Assembly (NCBI RefSeq): GCF_964194025.1
Contig: NC_134480.1
Span: forward strand, 186,001 to 250,000
DNA length: 64,000 bases
From: Convolutriloba macropyga
Lineage: Eukaryota
Direction of reading: 5' to 3'
In this document: piece by piece, positions 34,976-47,600 of the stretch
How positions within the stretch are numbered: position 1 is the stretch's first letter
Layout: each line of letters starts with the position of its first letter
Notes under the pieces: model-generated
Told to the model about the DNA's origin: nothing
The model's input: only the letters and a program-made list of their open reading frames with translations
Databases searched by the model: none
Translations under genes and position numbers: made by a program

Positions 34976-37900
34976 TGCTATATACACAACAAAACTATCT
35001 GAAACAAAATAATAATAAAAAACCTTCACCGCATGACATGACAGACTCAAAATAGACGTCCACGATTTAATTTATTTCAATTATGCTAAATATGCTCGAA
35101 TCGCTCATCTCTTTTCTGTTTGTCGCAACCTCGCAGATCATTTCTCATATTTTTACATAATCTTTTACAATAAAATTGGACGAGCGCTACAACTGTGGTG
35201 ACGGTAGAGTGGCAGAAAATATCCAAATATTCACAGCTCAGACAAATTTCGTTGTATTGTTCAGAATAGATAAAATTAGGCACAATTTGTATATTTTCAG
35301 TACTAATTTTCAACTGAAATTAAAATATTGAACTGTTCTGACTCATAAAAGACAGAGAACCTCGGCGAATATGATAAGTAGGAAATCAAGCGGTTTGTCA
35401 ATTCTGTGCTTTAAAAGTAAACCTATTCAAAATCTACTAAAATTTGAATTACAAAACTAGTGCAATCTAACCCAAGTTGCGGGCTAGTTTTTTGTTCAGA
35501 GGTTTTTAATTATATCCTCCTTGAGAGAAGAACGGAGACGGGTTTTTGATAGAACTGGTGTAAATGCGAGCGTAACCAGTCATACCATATAATAACTAAT
35601 AAATCAACATTTGCGAAACAGTACGGATCAAATGATTTTTGTTAATATAAGATCGTTCAGATCATTGTAATCTCAGATGCAGTGTCTCAGCCGTTTCTAT
35701 TACGGAGCAGACAATAAGTAACATTTCGAAATTTTAACGGTAAGAATAATTTCATATGATTTGTTATCCGCACTTAATTTTTTCAGGGGCGGGGGGGGGT
35801 TAATGAGAGATAAAAATTCCTATTCTAGGTGAAGTAAAGATTAATTTGAGAAAGAGGAATTGGTTGTGGCCAAAATAATCTTCTACCCCACGTTGGCGAC
35901 TATAAATGTTTCTTGGAAACCAAAGGTAAGACATGAATGGTTGTTTGGCTTCTCTGATACCATACATAAGCCCATAAAAAATTAAAGGTGATCTCAAATG
36001 ACGTCTTTTAGATCGCGTATTACAACGAATATCGTAGTTTCCATTGGCCTTCAACAAGAAAAAAAGTTCTATGGTGTCTTGTGTACCATATTCAAGGCCA
36101 TAGGCTTTTATGGCCCATACAAGATCATAAAACTCTTTTGTTCAACTTCATTTGTGACTCGAAAAAGCTTTTCACATCATGTTAGGGAGTTTTCAGGCAA
36201 AAACTAGAACAGTTTCAGACGTTTTAACAAGATAAGTGTTTGCTGATTCTAACGGCCCTTGACCTACTGTTTCTCGAGTACCTCTTTTTCTACATTTAGC
36301 ATTATCCTGTTTTGATACAAAATTCTCGCAAATTTCAGGTATTTTTTAATACCCTACTCCTCCAATATTTTTCCTAATGGCCATCATTAATGACTATCTT
36401 AGATATCATACACCCGACTATTTATGGTATCTAGGATACCATGCTAAGATCATACACGAATATTTGGCCTTCCGTGGATGGAACCATAAATGATCTTAAG
36501 TATGGTATCTAAGATAGGCCGACCCGGGATTGTAACATCAAAGCCTCCATTCATTCAATAAGCTTTTCTCGCTGAATTCGCTATAATTGTGATCAACTCA
36601 GTCGACAGCCGGAGAACGAATTACCCGATAATAATTTTGTGATCAACCTAAAAATATTTTCATAGTTGAGAAGATCTGCCATTGTACAAAGAGAAGTGCC
36701 AAGAACTTGTTCCTGGGTTGGGGCGAGGGTCTGGAGGGGGGGGGGGGGGGGGAGTAAATTGAGGGACGGAGTAAGCGCACTGATTCCCGCCGAAGGTGCT
36801 GGAGGGAGTAAGCGTTGTAATCGTTTAGTAAACATAACTGTGATGACATGTAGCACGCTTTAATAACAAAGTTCTGCCACGAGATGATTCAGCAATTGTT
36901 ACTACGTCTGTCTCATATGCAGATATAAAATAAGTCCAAGAAGAGTTCCGCATTTCAATGACTTTGATCAACCCTTTCGCAAATAGATAACACGTCGTTC
37001 ACTCCAATGGTTGCAAAGTTTGAGCGGGAGCTGTGCATTTTTTGTTAAAAAAGCGGCTTTGGCAATTAAAAGAAGAAGGTTCAAACAAGGATGGATGTTT
37101 GTTCTGGATAGTCAATTTTCAAATCTATTGGGAAAAATACATTGTAAAGATATAGTTTTAAGGATCCCAACTTACATTTTTCCTGCTTTTCGCAATAATC
37201 AATTTTCTTCGATATGAGAAACTGATTTTTCGCTATTGCTCATTTATCAAGGGGTCTGCTTATAAAGACATTTCCATAAATCTTGTCCTCATTGGTTTTG
37301 ATATTTGAAGCTCGAGCCACGATTTTGCGTGCAAAATGCTCGCTTTTGACAAGGACCAGAATTGTTTTTGGTCTTAGCGCATCCGATTTGAATTTATCAA
37401 GCCATTTGAAACACACTTCTCTTCAACATCATTAATTAAGGATTGCTCGTGTTTAACTATATCTATTTCGAAAGGGAATTGTCTTCAAACGGCTGTTCTA
37501 CACACTTTTTCAGCAATGTTAGCATCAGTTTTGGCCAAGACATGGTTTTCACGATATTATGTAACTAGTTCCAGTTACAACTTAAACCAACTGTTATCAA
37601 TTTTTCTTTTTCGTTTTCCAAATTTTACAGATACTTAAAAAATAAGCGGTTTTTGAATTCAGCAAAACTATTTTCCAATAAAATTATGCCGATAAAACAT
37701 AGCTTGTATGTCAGAAAACAGAAACACCGATAGCTTTGTACACATGTAGTCCCAAAATACCATTAAATTTTTTTTTTTTTAAAAAAAAGCAAGTTTTCCT
37801 TCTAGTCGTTGTATTTTTTTTTAATTATTTTAACCTTATGTCCAGCAAAGAAGCCCTCGGATAACATTCAATTATATTCTTAATCTCAATTCAACTAAAC

Positions 37901-38980
37901 TACACCCATGCAAGTGAGCATAAAATCAATGGGAGAAATTCGTTTTGAGAGAGGCAAGCACGTATGCTCGAAAAATATTAACGCGAACAAAAACTCTCCA
38001 TGAGCGTGAAAAATGACGTCATGTACGCATTTCAATAAAAAAATGCATTTATGAATAAACAAAAGCGGATTTTAAGTACAGGTGAAGACAAAGGTCCTAA
38101 CAAAAAATAAAAAAAACTTAACGAAGAAAACGCGAATAACAGGTCGGCTCAGATACCGCATTTAAAAAAAGATGTCTCGGTATGATCTACGGTTTAAATA
38201 AAACCATAACTCAAAAAAAAAACATAACCGACTAACGTCATGAGAATTGCTCTCAAACGACTTGCGAGCAGTTGGCTTCGCGAGTAGCCAGCTACGCATT
38301 AGGGAGCCTAGCTTAAGCTTTATCGAATGTGCGTGTGGTGGGGTTTGGGGGGAGATGGGCATCGCACGGTGAGGTGGGAGGTCGAGAGAACTGTCTTACA
38401 GGTGGAACGATATGCAGGGCCGGGGTGGGGTAGAAGTGTGTGTGTGTGTGTGTGGGGGGGGGTGAAGCGGGTGTAGGGGCGTGAAATGGGGCGAACTCTT
38501 AAGAACAGCCGTCCACACTATAAACTTATGCCTACAAAACAGATTCGGTGAATCGCATACTTAGAGTCTAGTAGGCCGAAAGGCTCAAGAGAACTTAATG
38601 CCCTCCAAGCGTTACCTGTTTATCCCATTTTCGAGGACGAAGTAAAAAGATTCCGGCGAAAACTCGCATTAAAAAAGACCACGAGACTGATACAATTTCT
38701 AAAAACTTTGTTTGAGAGATTGAAAACATTACAGTTTTCAAATTCTAAAATTCCAAAAACAATTTTGTGTTGTCTCACCACATCTTGTAAACTTTTTATC
38801 GATTTGTATAATACCGCCCAACACTGTCAGTAAAATTAGATTATGTTATTTGCACATTTTACGTGCACATTTTAAAATGCGGAAGTCTGCAGTGCCAGAA
38901 GTTAAAATGCGGGAAGTTCCTACTTAGCCAAAAGTTGACATCCGTTGACTTTCGTCATTTTAAAACGTGTGTGTTTCGTG

Positions 38981-39116
38981 TTTTAAGCATGGTTAAGTGA
39001 CTCTGCAGAAGTCACTTCGAAATTCTGACTTAATATCTCGATCCGCTTCGCGGTTCTCGATAAACGCCAGAAGTTCTCAGTGACTTCAAGCAGAGTCACT
39101 TAACCATAACTTAAAA
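38981..39116. mobile_element. Palindromic fold-back / MITE-like element (second copy 47401-47536)
   Basis: TTTTAAG..ATGGTTAAGTGACTCTGC..GAAGTCACT arm and its reverse complement around a CCGCTTCGCGG centre. Confidence 0.6.
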
Positions 39117-39516
39117 ACCTAGTGCAGGGTTAAATTCGGAAGTGGCGTCGGGGCTCTTTAAAATGAGCGGCAAACTATCAGAACACTTCGATTTACTATC
39201 TGCAATTTTTCGACAAGCAATGCTATTCTCCAATTAATATCCACTTAAACTATGAATTAATCCGAAAACTATCAAATTTATAAGAATAATTTGAATTACT
39301 TTTATACTATATACCAATTTAGCGACTATTTAGAATGCATTGATAACTCAGATATACATATAAAACAGCAAATAAACTTCAAAAATAGCAAAACATTCAT
39401 TATCTAGTTTTGACTAAATACATGTTGTTGTAAAAATCATGATTACATTATCAATTATCCAACTCCATCAAACAAGTTGAAAACTGCATATTTGAAATTC
39501 CCAAATAAGGAATAAA

Positions 39517-39810
39517 TTACGATGGAATGAGGCTGGTCTTCCTGTTCACAAACTGACAAATGCAAAGAAGGAATCCGAGGAGGTAGACACCAGTTGCAAT
39601 AAACATGTTCACAGCCACAGTCTCGTAAGCATCTTCAAGCCCATCCTTAGTGAAGTTTTGAGGGGGTTCGTCGTAAGATACGTCCTCAATGAATGTCACG
39701 GCGTGAATCCAGAAGAATACGCCCATCAGAGGCAGCATAACCAGACCCCAGAGGCCAATAAAAGCGCAAAAGAAGCTGGTTGTTGGAGAACAGAATATTG
39801 GTCCTGCCAT
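39517..39810 (-). CDS. RNASEK: Ribonuclease kappa / V-ATPase subunit f, copy 1
   Basis: 97 aa, two TM segments; WGLVML..MGVFF..H....IEDV and Y..VA.N.FIA..VY....C.CQ match the RNASEK family. Confidence 0.9.
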   Translation of the reverse strand: MAGPIFCSPTTSFFCAFIGLWGLVMLPLMGVFFWIHAVTFIEDVSYDEPPQNFTKDGLEDAYETVAVNMFIATGVYLLGFLLCICQFVNRKTSLIPS

Positions 39811-40226
39811 GCTTCTGAAATGGTCGTAAAACAAGTTACTTTTCATTAATCTGATTCACACCAAGAAGAACCCCAGTGGTTTTTTTTACTGTCTACAAGC
39901 CCATTTGAACAACAACCCAATGCGTCATTTTGCATTGATAAGGTTGGTTCTGCCTAATAAACATAAGATGGATATAGAATGAGCCGCTAAAATGTGTACA
40001 ATCAAATCCCCACTTCTCGTAACATACACTTCAGAAGGTATTCAAATGTTTAGTTAAAAGATTTCAGTTTAAAACAAGTCAGTGATGCTTTACTTTCAGA
40101 AAAGCCAAAAAATGAACAAAAAGCTTCTAGATAATTTTTTTGCGGATGATGAAATAGGAACCAAATATTTTGACAATTAAATGGCCAAACTAATATTATT
40201 TTTGCTACTCAATGAAGTAACAGAAA

Positions 40227-40600
40227 ACATAACCGACTAAACGCCGGAAGAATTGCTCTCGAACGGGGGGGGAGGGAGGGGGAGCCTAAATGGGACTAAG
40301 AAGTTCAATAGTGGGCTTCAAATAACCACATTAGAGGTTAACATACATATACCACTATAAGATTTAAAGTGAAAAATGGCACCAGTTTCGGCGCACTTTT
40401 CATTTGACTTTTAGTATTAAACTGTCGCCAATTGAGTTCAGCTGCTTGAAATTGTGATTGAGAGAGAATTTTAGATCATGCGAAACGCAAAAAGTCAAGG
40501 GCGTAAAAGTCACTCAAAAAGTCAAAACTGTCAAGGGAAAATTTTGCACAAAAAAAGGACACGTTTACAATAATTGCTATGAACTTCATTCAAGAGCAAT
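40227..40600 (-). mobile_element. Helentron-like family D (subTIR AATTGCTCTCGAA); related copies near 38222, 42819, 46643, 48648, 51315
   Basis: CATAACCGAC..GTCGG hairpin then GAATTGCTCTCGAAC at left; TTCAAGAGCAATTAA at right. Confidence 0.6.
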
Positions 40601-40649
40601 TAAAAATATTAACTTCCAAGTAAAAAATAACGAGTTAAATCGCGGTTTA

Positions 40650-42560
40650 CCGTGGAAAACGCATTATCTGTCCTCATCCAGACGCTTGCTGCAACAGAGG
40701 CTTGCTGAAATCTGGAATAAAGATTTCCATTTCTTCGATTCTACTCGATTTCAAGTTTAACGATTTTAGCGCTCAAATAATTGGTAAACCGACCCGGGCG
40801 AAATAAGCCATCAAAAGCTGCGGACAATTGTTGTCAGTGCCCAAAGATATCTCAAACCCCATTTGACAAACTTTATATGGACGGCTACCTGGACTTGTCA
40901 GAAAAACTAACACGAGCGTAATGCTTTCGGAATTAGTTCTCAGGAGCTGTTAGCTCCATAGCCTGTGTAAAATAAAGTAGTCAGGGTCCACAGTGCACTG
41001 AAATTGACTCCATAAAGGAAAGACGACAGTTTCAGCCACGAAGTGTTTGGCCATACCCAAACTGAACTCCAAGCGGGCCTAGTAACGCGTCAAAAATTAG
41101 GTATCCTTAAAGCGTTAACGATACCCCTTAATACAAAAATTGTATCTTGACTGATTGTAACAACTGTGCTTCAGTGACTGAGTTCCATTGAGAAACAACC
41201 ACCTTGGTTGATAATAGAGCGTGTGAAAAAAATTGTAAAACAATTAAACAGGTTTCACATCGTATCGGAAGACAGTCCTGTCGAAAGTGTCAAGAGAGAA
41301 ATCCCAGCCAATAATCTTAGTGAAAACAGCCGGTTGAAAAGTCAAAAATTGTGGTATTCTAGATTTTCCAATCCAGTCAAATACTGAGATTACGCAAAGG
41401 TCTGATATCTACTCCCTCAGAACACCCGGTAAAAAGGCAAAAACCAGCGTTGCGAGCAACATTTCCCGCGAAAGATATCTGATCAATTACCAAAAAAGGT
41501 TTACTGAGAAATATTTCGTGTCAAAGCTTCCCTCCTCCTATATCTTTAACAGCACGCCTATTACAGCTCATCGCAAGTCTCAATTTTCAACCCGCAAAGC
41601 TCCGGACCGCTGAAGGGAAACTGCAATTTCTGGTCCAATCTGAGTAGATGCCAGTTGAAAATAAATAACTTGACGAAAATCAAATTCAGGGAAAAGGAAA
41701 AAAGCCCTGTCGCAACTTTTACTCTCATCATTGTTTCCAATGGTTAACAGTTCGCTGAGCTCTAGTGCCCGCATTAAACGCTAGTAGAAGCAGCTGTCAT
41801 CCCGTTTATAGATTGTGTATAATAACATTTGGTAAACCAACACCAGGGGGTTGATTTCTAGTGAGCTTGCGTACAATAACAACCTCATATGCAGTGCCTC
41901 GCAACCAACGTCTAACCATGGAAGCGCTACAAACCATCTTCGGTTAAACCAATACAATTTTACAAAAACGGCCACTTCCCCTCGTGATCTCTGACTCAAC
42001 AGAGATAATTGATGTGATAATTCTAATATCTTCATGCTTGGAATCCGGTCAAGCACTATGCCTTCGAAGTAAGACGACTTCAATATCAGGAGAGAAACCC
42101 GCATGCTCAGTTCCACGCAGACGCAATTTGGAAAAGGCGGTTAGATGTTTAATTAGCAACCTTGAATTGTTGCATTAAGCGTTCAACTCCCGCAAAAGCA
42201 GCTTAAGTCAGGTAAATTTGTATGAATAGCCGATGATCTGTCTCCCCATGGACAACTCCATATCGGTCACATCGAAAATCTTTATTAAGGCAGCGAGGGC
42301 ACTGCGCGCACGTCAATGGTAAAAACGACCACTGGTAAATATGTCCGCACCGATATAAAATTATTCCCTGTTTTCGAAATCCCCATTTCGGGGACCGAGG
42401 TTTTGGCGAACGTAAACAAACGAGGATACATATTAAGCAGTCAGTATTGTATGCGTAAACATTGAAAAATATTGATAGCGAGCCCACATAGCGCAGATGG
42501 TAGCGCATTGAATCTTGATGACAGGGTCGTTGGTTTGAGCACCAGGCTAGAGATTTGGCA
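40650..42560 (-). mobile_element. Highly decayed APE-RT LINE fragment (second copy ~49100-51030)
   Basis: Remnant TDH (APE SDH-like) and PW motifs and a degenerate GVxxGS RT motif in the right order; many stops. Confidence 0.45.
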
Positions 42561-44679
42561 AAACAAAAATTGTTTTAAGAAAACCAAGGAGAATTGTCAT
42601 CAAGGAGAACTCCAAAAAATATGTGACAATTTCATGAGTTTCGTTGATTTTACATTTGTTAAATTTTGTTCGGTGTTGTCTTCGACACAAAATAAGACCT
42701 ACCAAAACAAGAGACGTACACCCTCTTAACCAGTTTTTGCAGTCCGATGTATGTAATTGTTCCTCGTTATCTCTCTCACTCAAGCGCCAAGCGCGCACGC
42801 ACACAAACATATAAGCAAACATAACCGACTATACGTCGGAAGAATTGCTCTCGAACAACTAGTGGGAGCTCTAATCAATTGCAGCCTGCTTCAGTCGGGG
42901 GGGGGGGGGGAGGGGGAGCCTAAATGGGACTAAGAAGTTCAATAGTGAGCTTCAAATAACCACATTAGAGGTTAACATATACCACTATTAAGATTTAAAG
43001 TAAAAAAATGACACCAGTTTCGGCGCACTTTTCATTTGACTTTTAGTATTAAATTGCCGCCAATTGAATTCAGCTGCTTGAAATTGTGATTGAGAGAGAA
43101 TTTTAGATCAGGCGAAACGCAAAAAGTCAAGGGCGTAAGAGTCACTTGAAAAGTCAAAACTGTCAAGCGAAAATTTTGCATAAAAAAAGACACACGTTTA
43201 CAATAATTGCTATGAACTTCGTTTGTGAAATGTTTGTGTGCGAGCGCGTGTTTGCGTACGTGCGTGCGGGTAATTGTGCGAGAGAGAGAGACGAGATACA
43301 ATTGCGTACACACAAGGGTAAAAGTGTTGCAATACAATTACTGTGTAGCTCTTATTAGCCTCATCTAAGTTTTCAGCATTTCAAAGAATTTGAATTTTTC
43401 TGGGGTGATGTCTTCTAAGATTTGGACTCATCCACTCAAATGGTGGCTGAACAAACTTTCACTTTTCGAATATACACAGATGCACAATATTGTACTCGTG
43501 CAGAAGCACACAAACATACCTTTTTCTGCAAACAAAAACATGCCACGCTGAGCAGTTACTTCATACAATTTTCAAGTAAGATATCAATTGTTGGGGACGA
43601 AATACTCGAAATCAAATTCCCACTTAGTTTTTATGCATTGGAAAATTGAAATTCAACAACCTCTGCTATATAACATACACAAAGACCGAAAACAACTTCA
43701 ATTGCCATCATTTAACATAGAGCAAAAACTTGGAGCAACAACTATAACATGCAAATCGTCAATCTTTTTGTGTGTTTTTAATTTTTTAAATCTATTCATC
43801 AGAGAATGTTCACAGTCACAATTCATCTCCACCTTATATCCAACTCATATCACCCTTTCGGGTGGTCTGCAGAAAGCACCATTCCCCAAACAAAAATCAA
43901 GCTGACTCAGCCATTAGTTGCACGCCTTTGTCTCTGAAAACTAAAAATGGAAAGAAAAACGAATATGATTTACTACCAAAACTTTTTAATTAGCTCGCAT
44001 GAAACTAAATTAGCTATCCATAAATATCTTTGTTGTTAATTTCCACAGATAAAAACACTGTCTGCTTTGGTAATTGGTTAATTATCAGCTAGATAACACT
44101 CAAGTCGTTGCCAAATTAAGGTAATTGGATTTTAGATTACGTCACAATTTGCCCAAATCCATTATACCCAACCAGACATTTTACGCAATGCGGTTTGATC
44201 ATCGACTTCAAATTAGCTGTCGCTATTACAAGGACGTTTTAACATACTTAAGCGGATATATTAATACCAGGTTCGGATGTGACAGTTTCACATCAATGTC
44301 CCACGGGCCATTTTATGCTAAATAGTCATTCTGGTCAGTTTAACAATTGCGTAAAAACGAAGTTAGCGTTTAGTAAAATGGAATTGGGTAGATTGTACTA
44401 CTGACCGGATTTTCATATCAAAAATTGTTTTTAATAACCTCTTCATTGGAAAAATCCAAAATCACTCTTAATTCCCTTAAAAATTGATAACCAAAACGTT
44501 CTCAATTAGCCTAGCATTCATCGGAGTTAAAGGGAAGTGTTTTAATCAGTTGACAAGATGGCTTGATTTAATGTTCCGAAGGAGAACATCCAAAAGAAAA
44601 GAAAAGTTTCATATCCCAGATGACTTGAATTGATAAACTCACTAATAACTGTCTGTTCTCTTATTGATCAATGATTATC

Positions 44680-47600
44680 AACGGCCCTTGACCTACTGTT
44701 TCTCGAGTACCTCTTTTTCTACATTTAGCATTATCCTGTTTTGATACAAAATTCTCGCAAATTTCAGGTATTTTTTAATACCCTACTCCTCCAATATTTT
44801 TCCTAATGGCCATCATTAATGACTATCTTAGATATCATACACCCGACTATTTATGGTATCTAGGATACCATGCTAAGATCATACACGAATATTTGGCCTT
44901 CCGTGGATGGAACCATAAATGATCTTAAGTATGGTATCTAAGATAGGCCGACCCGGGATTGTAACATCAAAGCCTCCATTCATTCAATAAGCTTTTCTCG
45001 CTGAATTCGCTATAATTGTGATCAACTCAGTCGACAGCCGGAGAACGAATTACCCGATAATAATTTTGTGATCAACCTAAAAATATTTTCATAGTTGAGA
45101 AGATCTGCCATTGTACAAAGAGAAGTGCCAAGAACTTGTTCCTGGGTTGGGGCGAGGGTCTGGAGGGGGGGGGGAGTAAATTGAGGGACGGAGTAAGCGC
45201 ACTGATTCCCGCCGAAGGTGCTGGAGGGAGTAAGCGTTGTAATCGTTTAGTAAACATAACTGTGATGACATGTAGCACGCTTTAATAACAAAGTTCTGCC
45301 ACGAGATGATTCAGCAATTGTTACTACGTCTGTCTCATATGCAGATATAAAATAAGTCCAAGAAGAGTTCCGCATTTCAATGACTTTGATCAACCCTTTC
45401 GCAAATAGATAACACGTCGTTCACTCCAATGGTTGCAAAGTTTGAGCGGGAGCTGTGCATTTTTTGTTAAAAAAGCGGCTTTGGCAATTAAAAGAAGAAG
45501 GTTCAAACAAGGATGGATGTTTGTTCTGGATAGTCAATTTTCAAATCTATTGGGAAAAATACATTGTAAAGATATAGTTTTAAGGATCCCAACTTACATT
45601 TTTCCTGCTTTTCGCAATAATCAATTTTCTTCGATATGAGAAACTGATTTTTCGCTATTGCTCATTTATCAAGGGGTCTGCTTATAAAGACATTTCCATA
45701 AATCTTGTCCTCATTGGTTTTGATATTTGAAGCTCGAGCCACGATTTTGCGTGCAAAATGCTCGCTTTTGACAAGGACCAGAATTGTTTTTGGTCTTAGC
45801 GCATCCGATTTGAATTTATCAAGCCATTTGAAACACACTTCTCTTCAACATCATTAATTAAGGATTGCTCGTGTTTAACTATATCTATTTCGAAAGGGAA
45901 TTGTCTTCAAACGGCTGTTCTACACACTTTTTCAGCAATGTTAGCATCAGTTTTGGCCAAGACATGGTTTTCACGATATTATGTAACTAGTTCCAGTTAC
46001 AACTTAAACCAACTGTTATCAATTTTTCTTTTTCGTTTTCCAAATTTTACAGATACTTAAAAAATAAGCGGTTTTTGAATTCAGCAAAACTATTTTCCAA
46101 TAAAATTATGCCGATAAAACATAGCTTGTATGTCAGAAAACAGAAACACCGATAGCTTTGTACACATGTAGTCCCAAAATACCATTAAATTTTTTTTTTA
46201 AAAAAAAAGCAAGTTTTCCTTCTAGTCGTTGTATTTTTTTTTAAATTATTTTAACCTTATGTCCAGCAAAGAAGCCCTCGGATAACATTCAATTATATTC
46301 TTAATCTCAATTCAACTAAACTACACCCATGCAAGTGAGCATAAAATCAATGGGAGAAATTCGTTTTGAGAGAGGCAAGCACGTATGCTCGAAAAATATT
46401 AACGCGAACAAAAACTCTCCATGAGCGTGAAAAATGACGTCATGTACGCATTTCAATAAAAAAATGCATTTATGAATAAACAAAAGCGGATTTTAAGTAC
46501 AGGTGAAGACAAAGGTCCTAACAAAAAATAAAAAAAAACTTAACGAAGAAAACGCGAATAACAGGTCGGCTCAGATACCGCATTTAAAAAAAGATGTCTC
46601 GGTATGATCTACGGTTTAAATAAAACCATAACTCAAAAAAAAAACATAACCGACTAACGTCATGAGAATTGCTCTCAAACGACTTGCGAGCAGTTGGCTT
46701 CGCGAGTAGCCAGCTAAACATTAGGGAGCCTAGCTTAAGCTTTATCGAATGTGCGTGTGGTGGGGTTTGGGGGGAGATGGGCATCGCACGGTGAGGTGGG
46801 AGGTCGAGAGAACTGTCTTACAGGTGGAACGATATGCAGGGCCGGGGTGGGGTAGAAGTGTGTGTGTGTGTGTGGGGGGGGGTGAAGCGGGTGTAGGGGC
46901 GTGAAATGGGGCGAACTCTTAAGAACAGCCGTCCACACTATAAACTTATGCCTACAAAACAGATTCGGTGAATCGCATACTTAGAGTCTAGTAGGCCGAA
47001 AGGCTCAAGAGAACTTAATGCCCTCCAAGCGTTACCTGTTTATCCCATTTTCGAGGACGAAGTAAAAAGATTCCGGCGAAAACTCGCATTAAAAAAGACC
47101 ACGAGACTGATACAATTTCTAAAAACTTTGTTTGAGAGATTGAAAACATTACAGTTTTCAAATTCTAAAATTCCAAAAACAATTTTGTGTTGTCTCACCA
47201 CATCTTGTAAACTTTTTATCGATTTGTATAATACCGCCCAACACTGTCAGTAAAATTACATTATCTTATTTGCACATTTTACGTGCACATTTTAAAATGC
47301 GGAAGTCTGCAGTGCCAGAAGTTAAAATGCGGGAAGTTCCTACTTAGCCAAAAGTTGACATCCGTTGACTTTCGTCATTTTAAAACGTGTGTGTTTCGTG
47401 TTTTAAGCATGGTTAAGTGACTCTGCAGAAGTCACTTCGAAATTCTGACTTAATATCTCGATCCGCTTCGCGGTTCTCGATAAACGCCAGAAGTTCTCAG
47501 TGACTTCAAGCAGAGTCACTTAACCATAACTTAAAAACCTAGTGCAGGGTTAAATTCGGAAGTGGCGTCGGGGCTATTTAAAATGAGCGGCAAACTATCA

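Larger units (their letters stand above)
36251..44671 (+). repeat. Tandem segmental duplication, copy 1 (~8.4 kb)
   Basis: Begins AACGGCCCTTGACC, ends CTTATTGATCAA; collinear with 44680-53197. Confidence 0.95.

Noticed and set aside
36593-38362. Duplicated short ORFs in the segmental duplication
   Set aside because: No motifs; frames change with homopolymer length between the copies.
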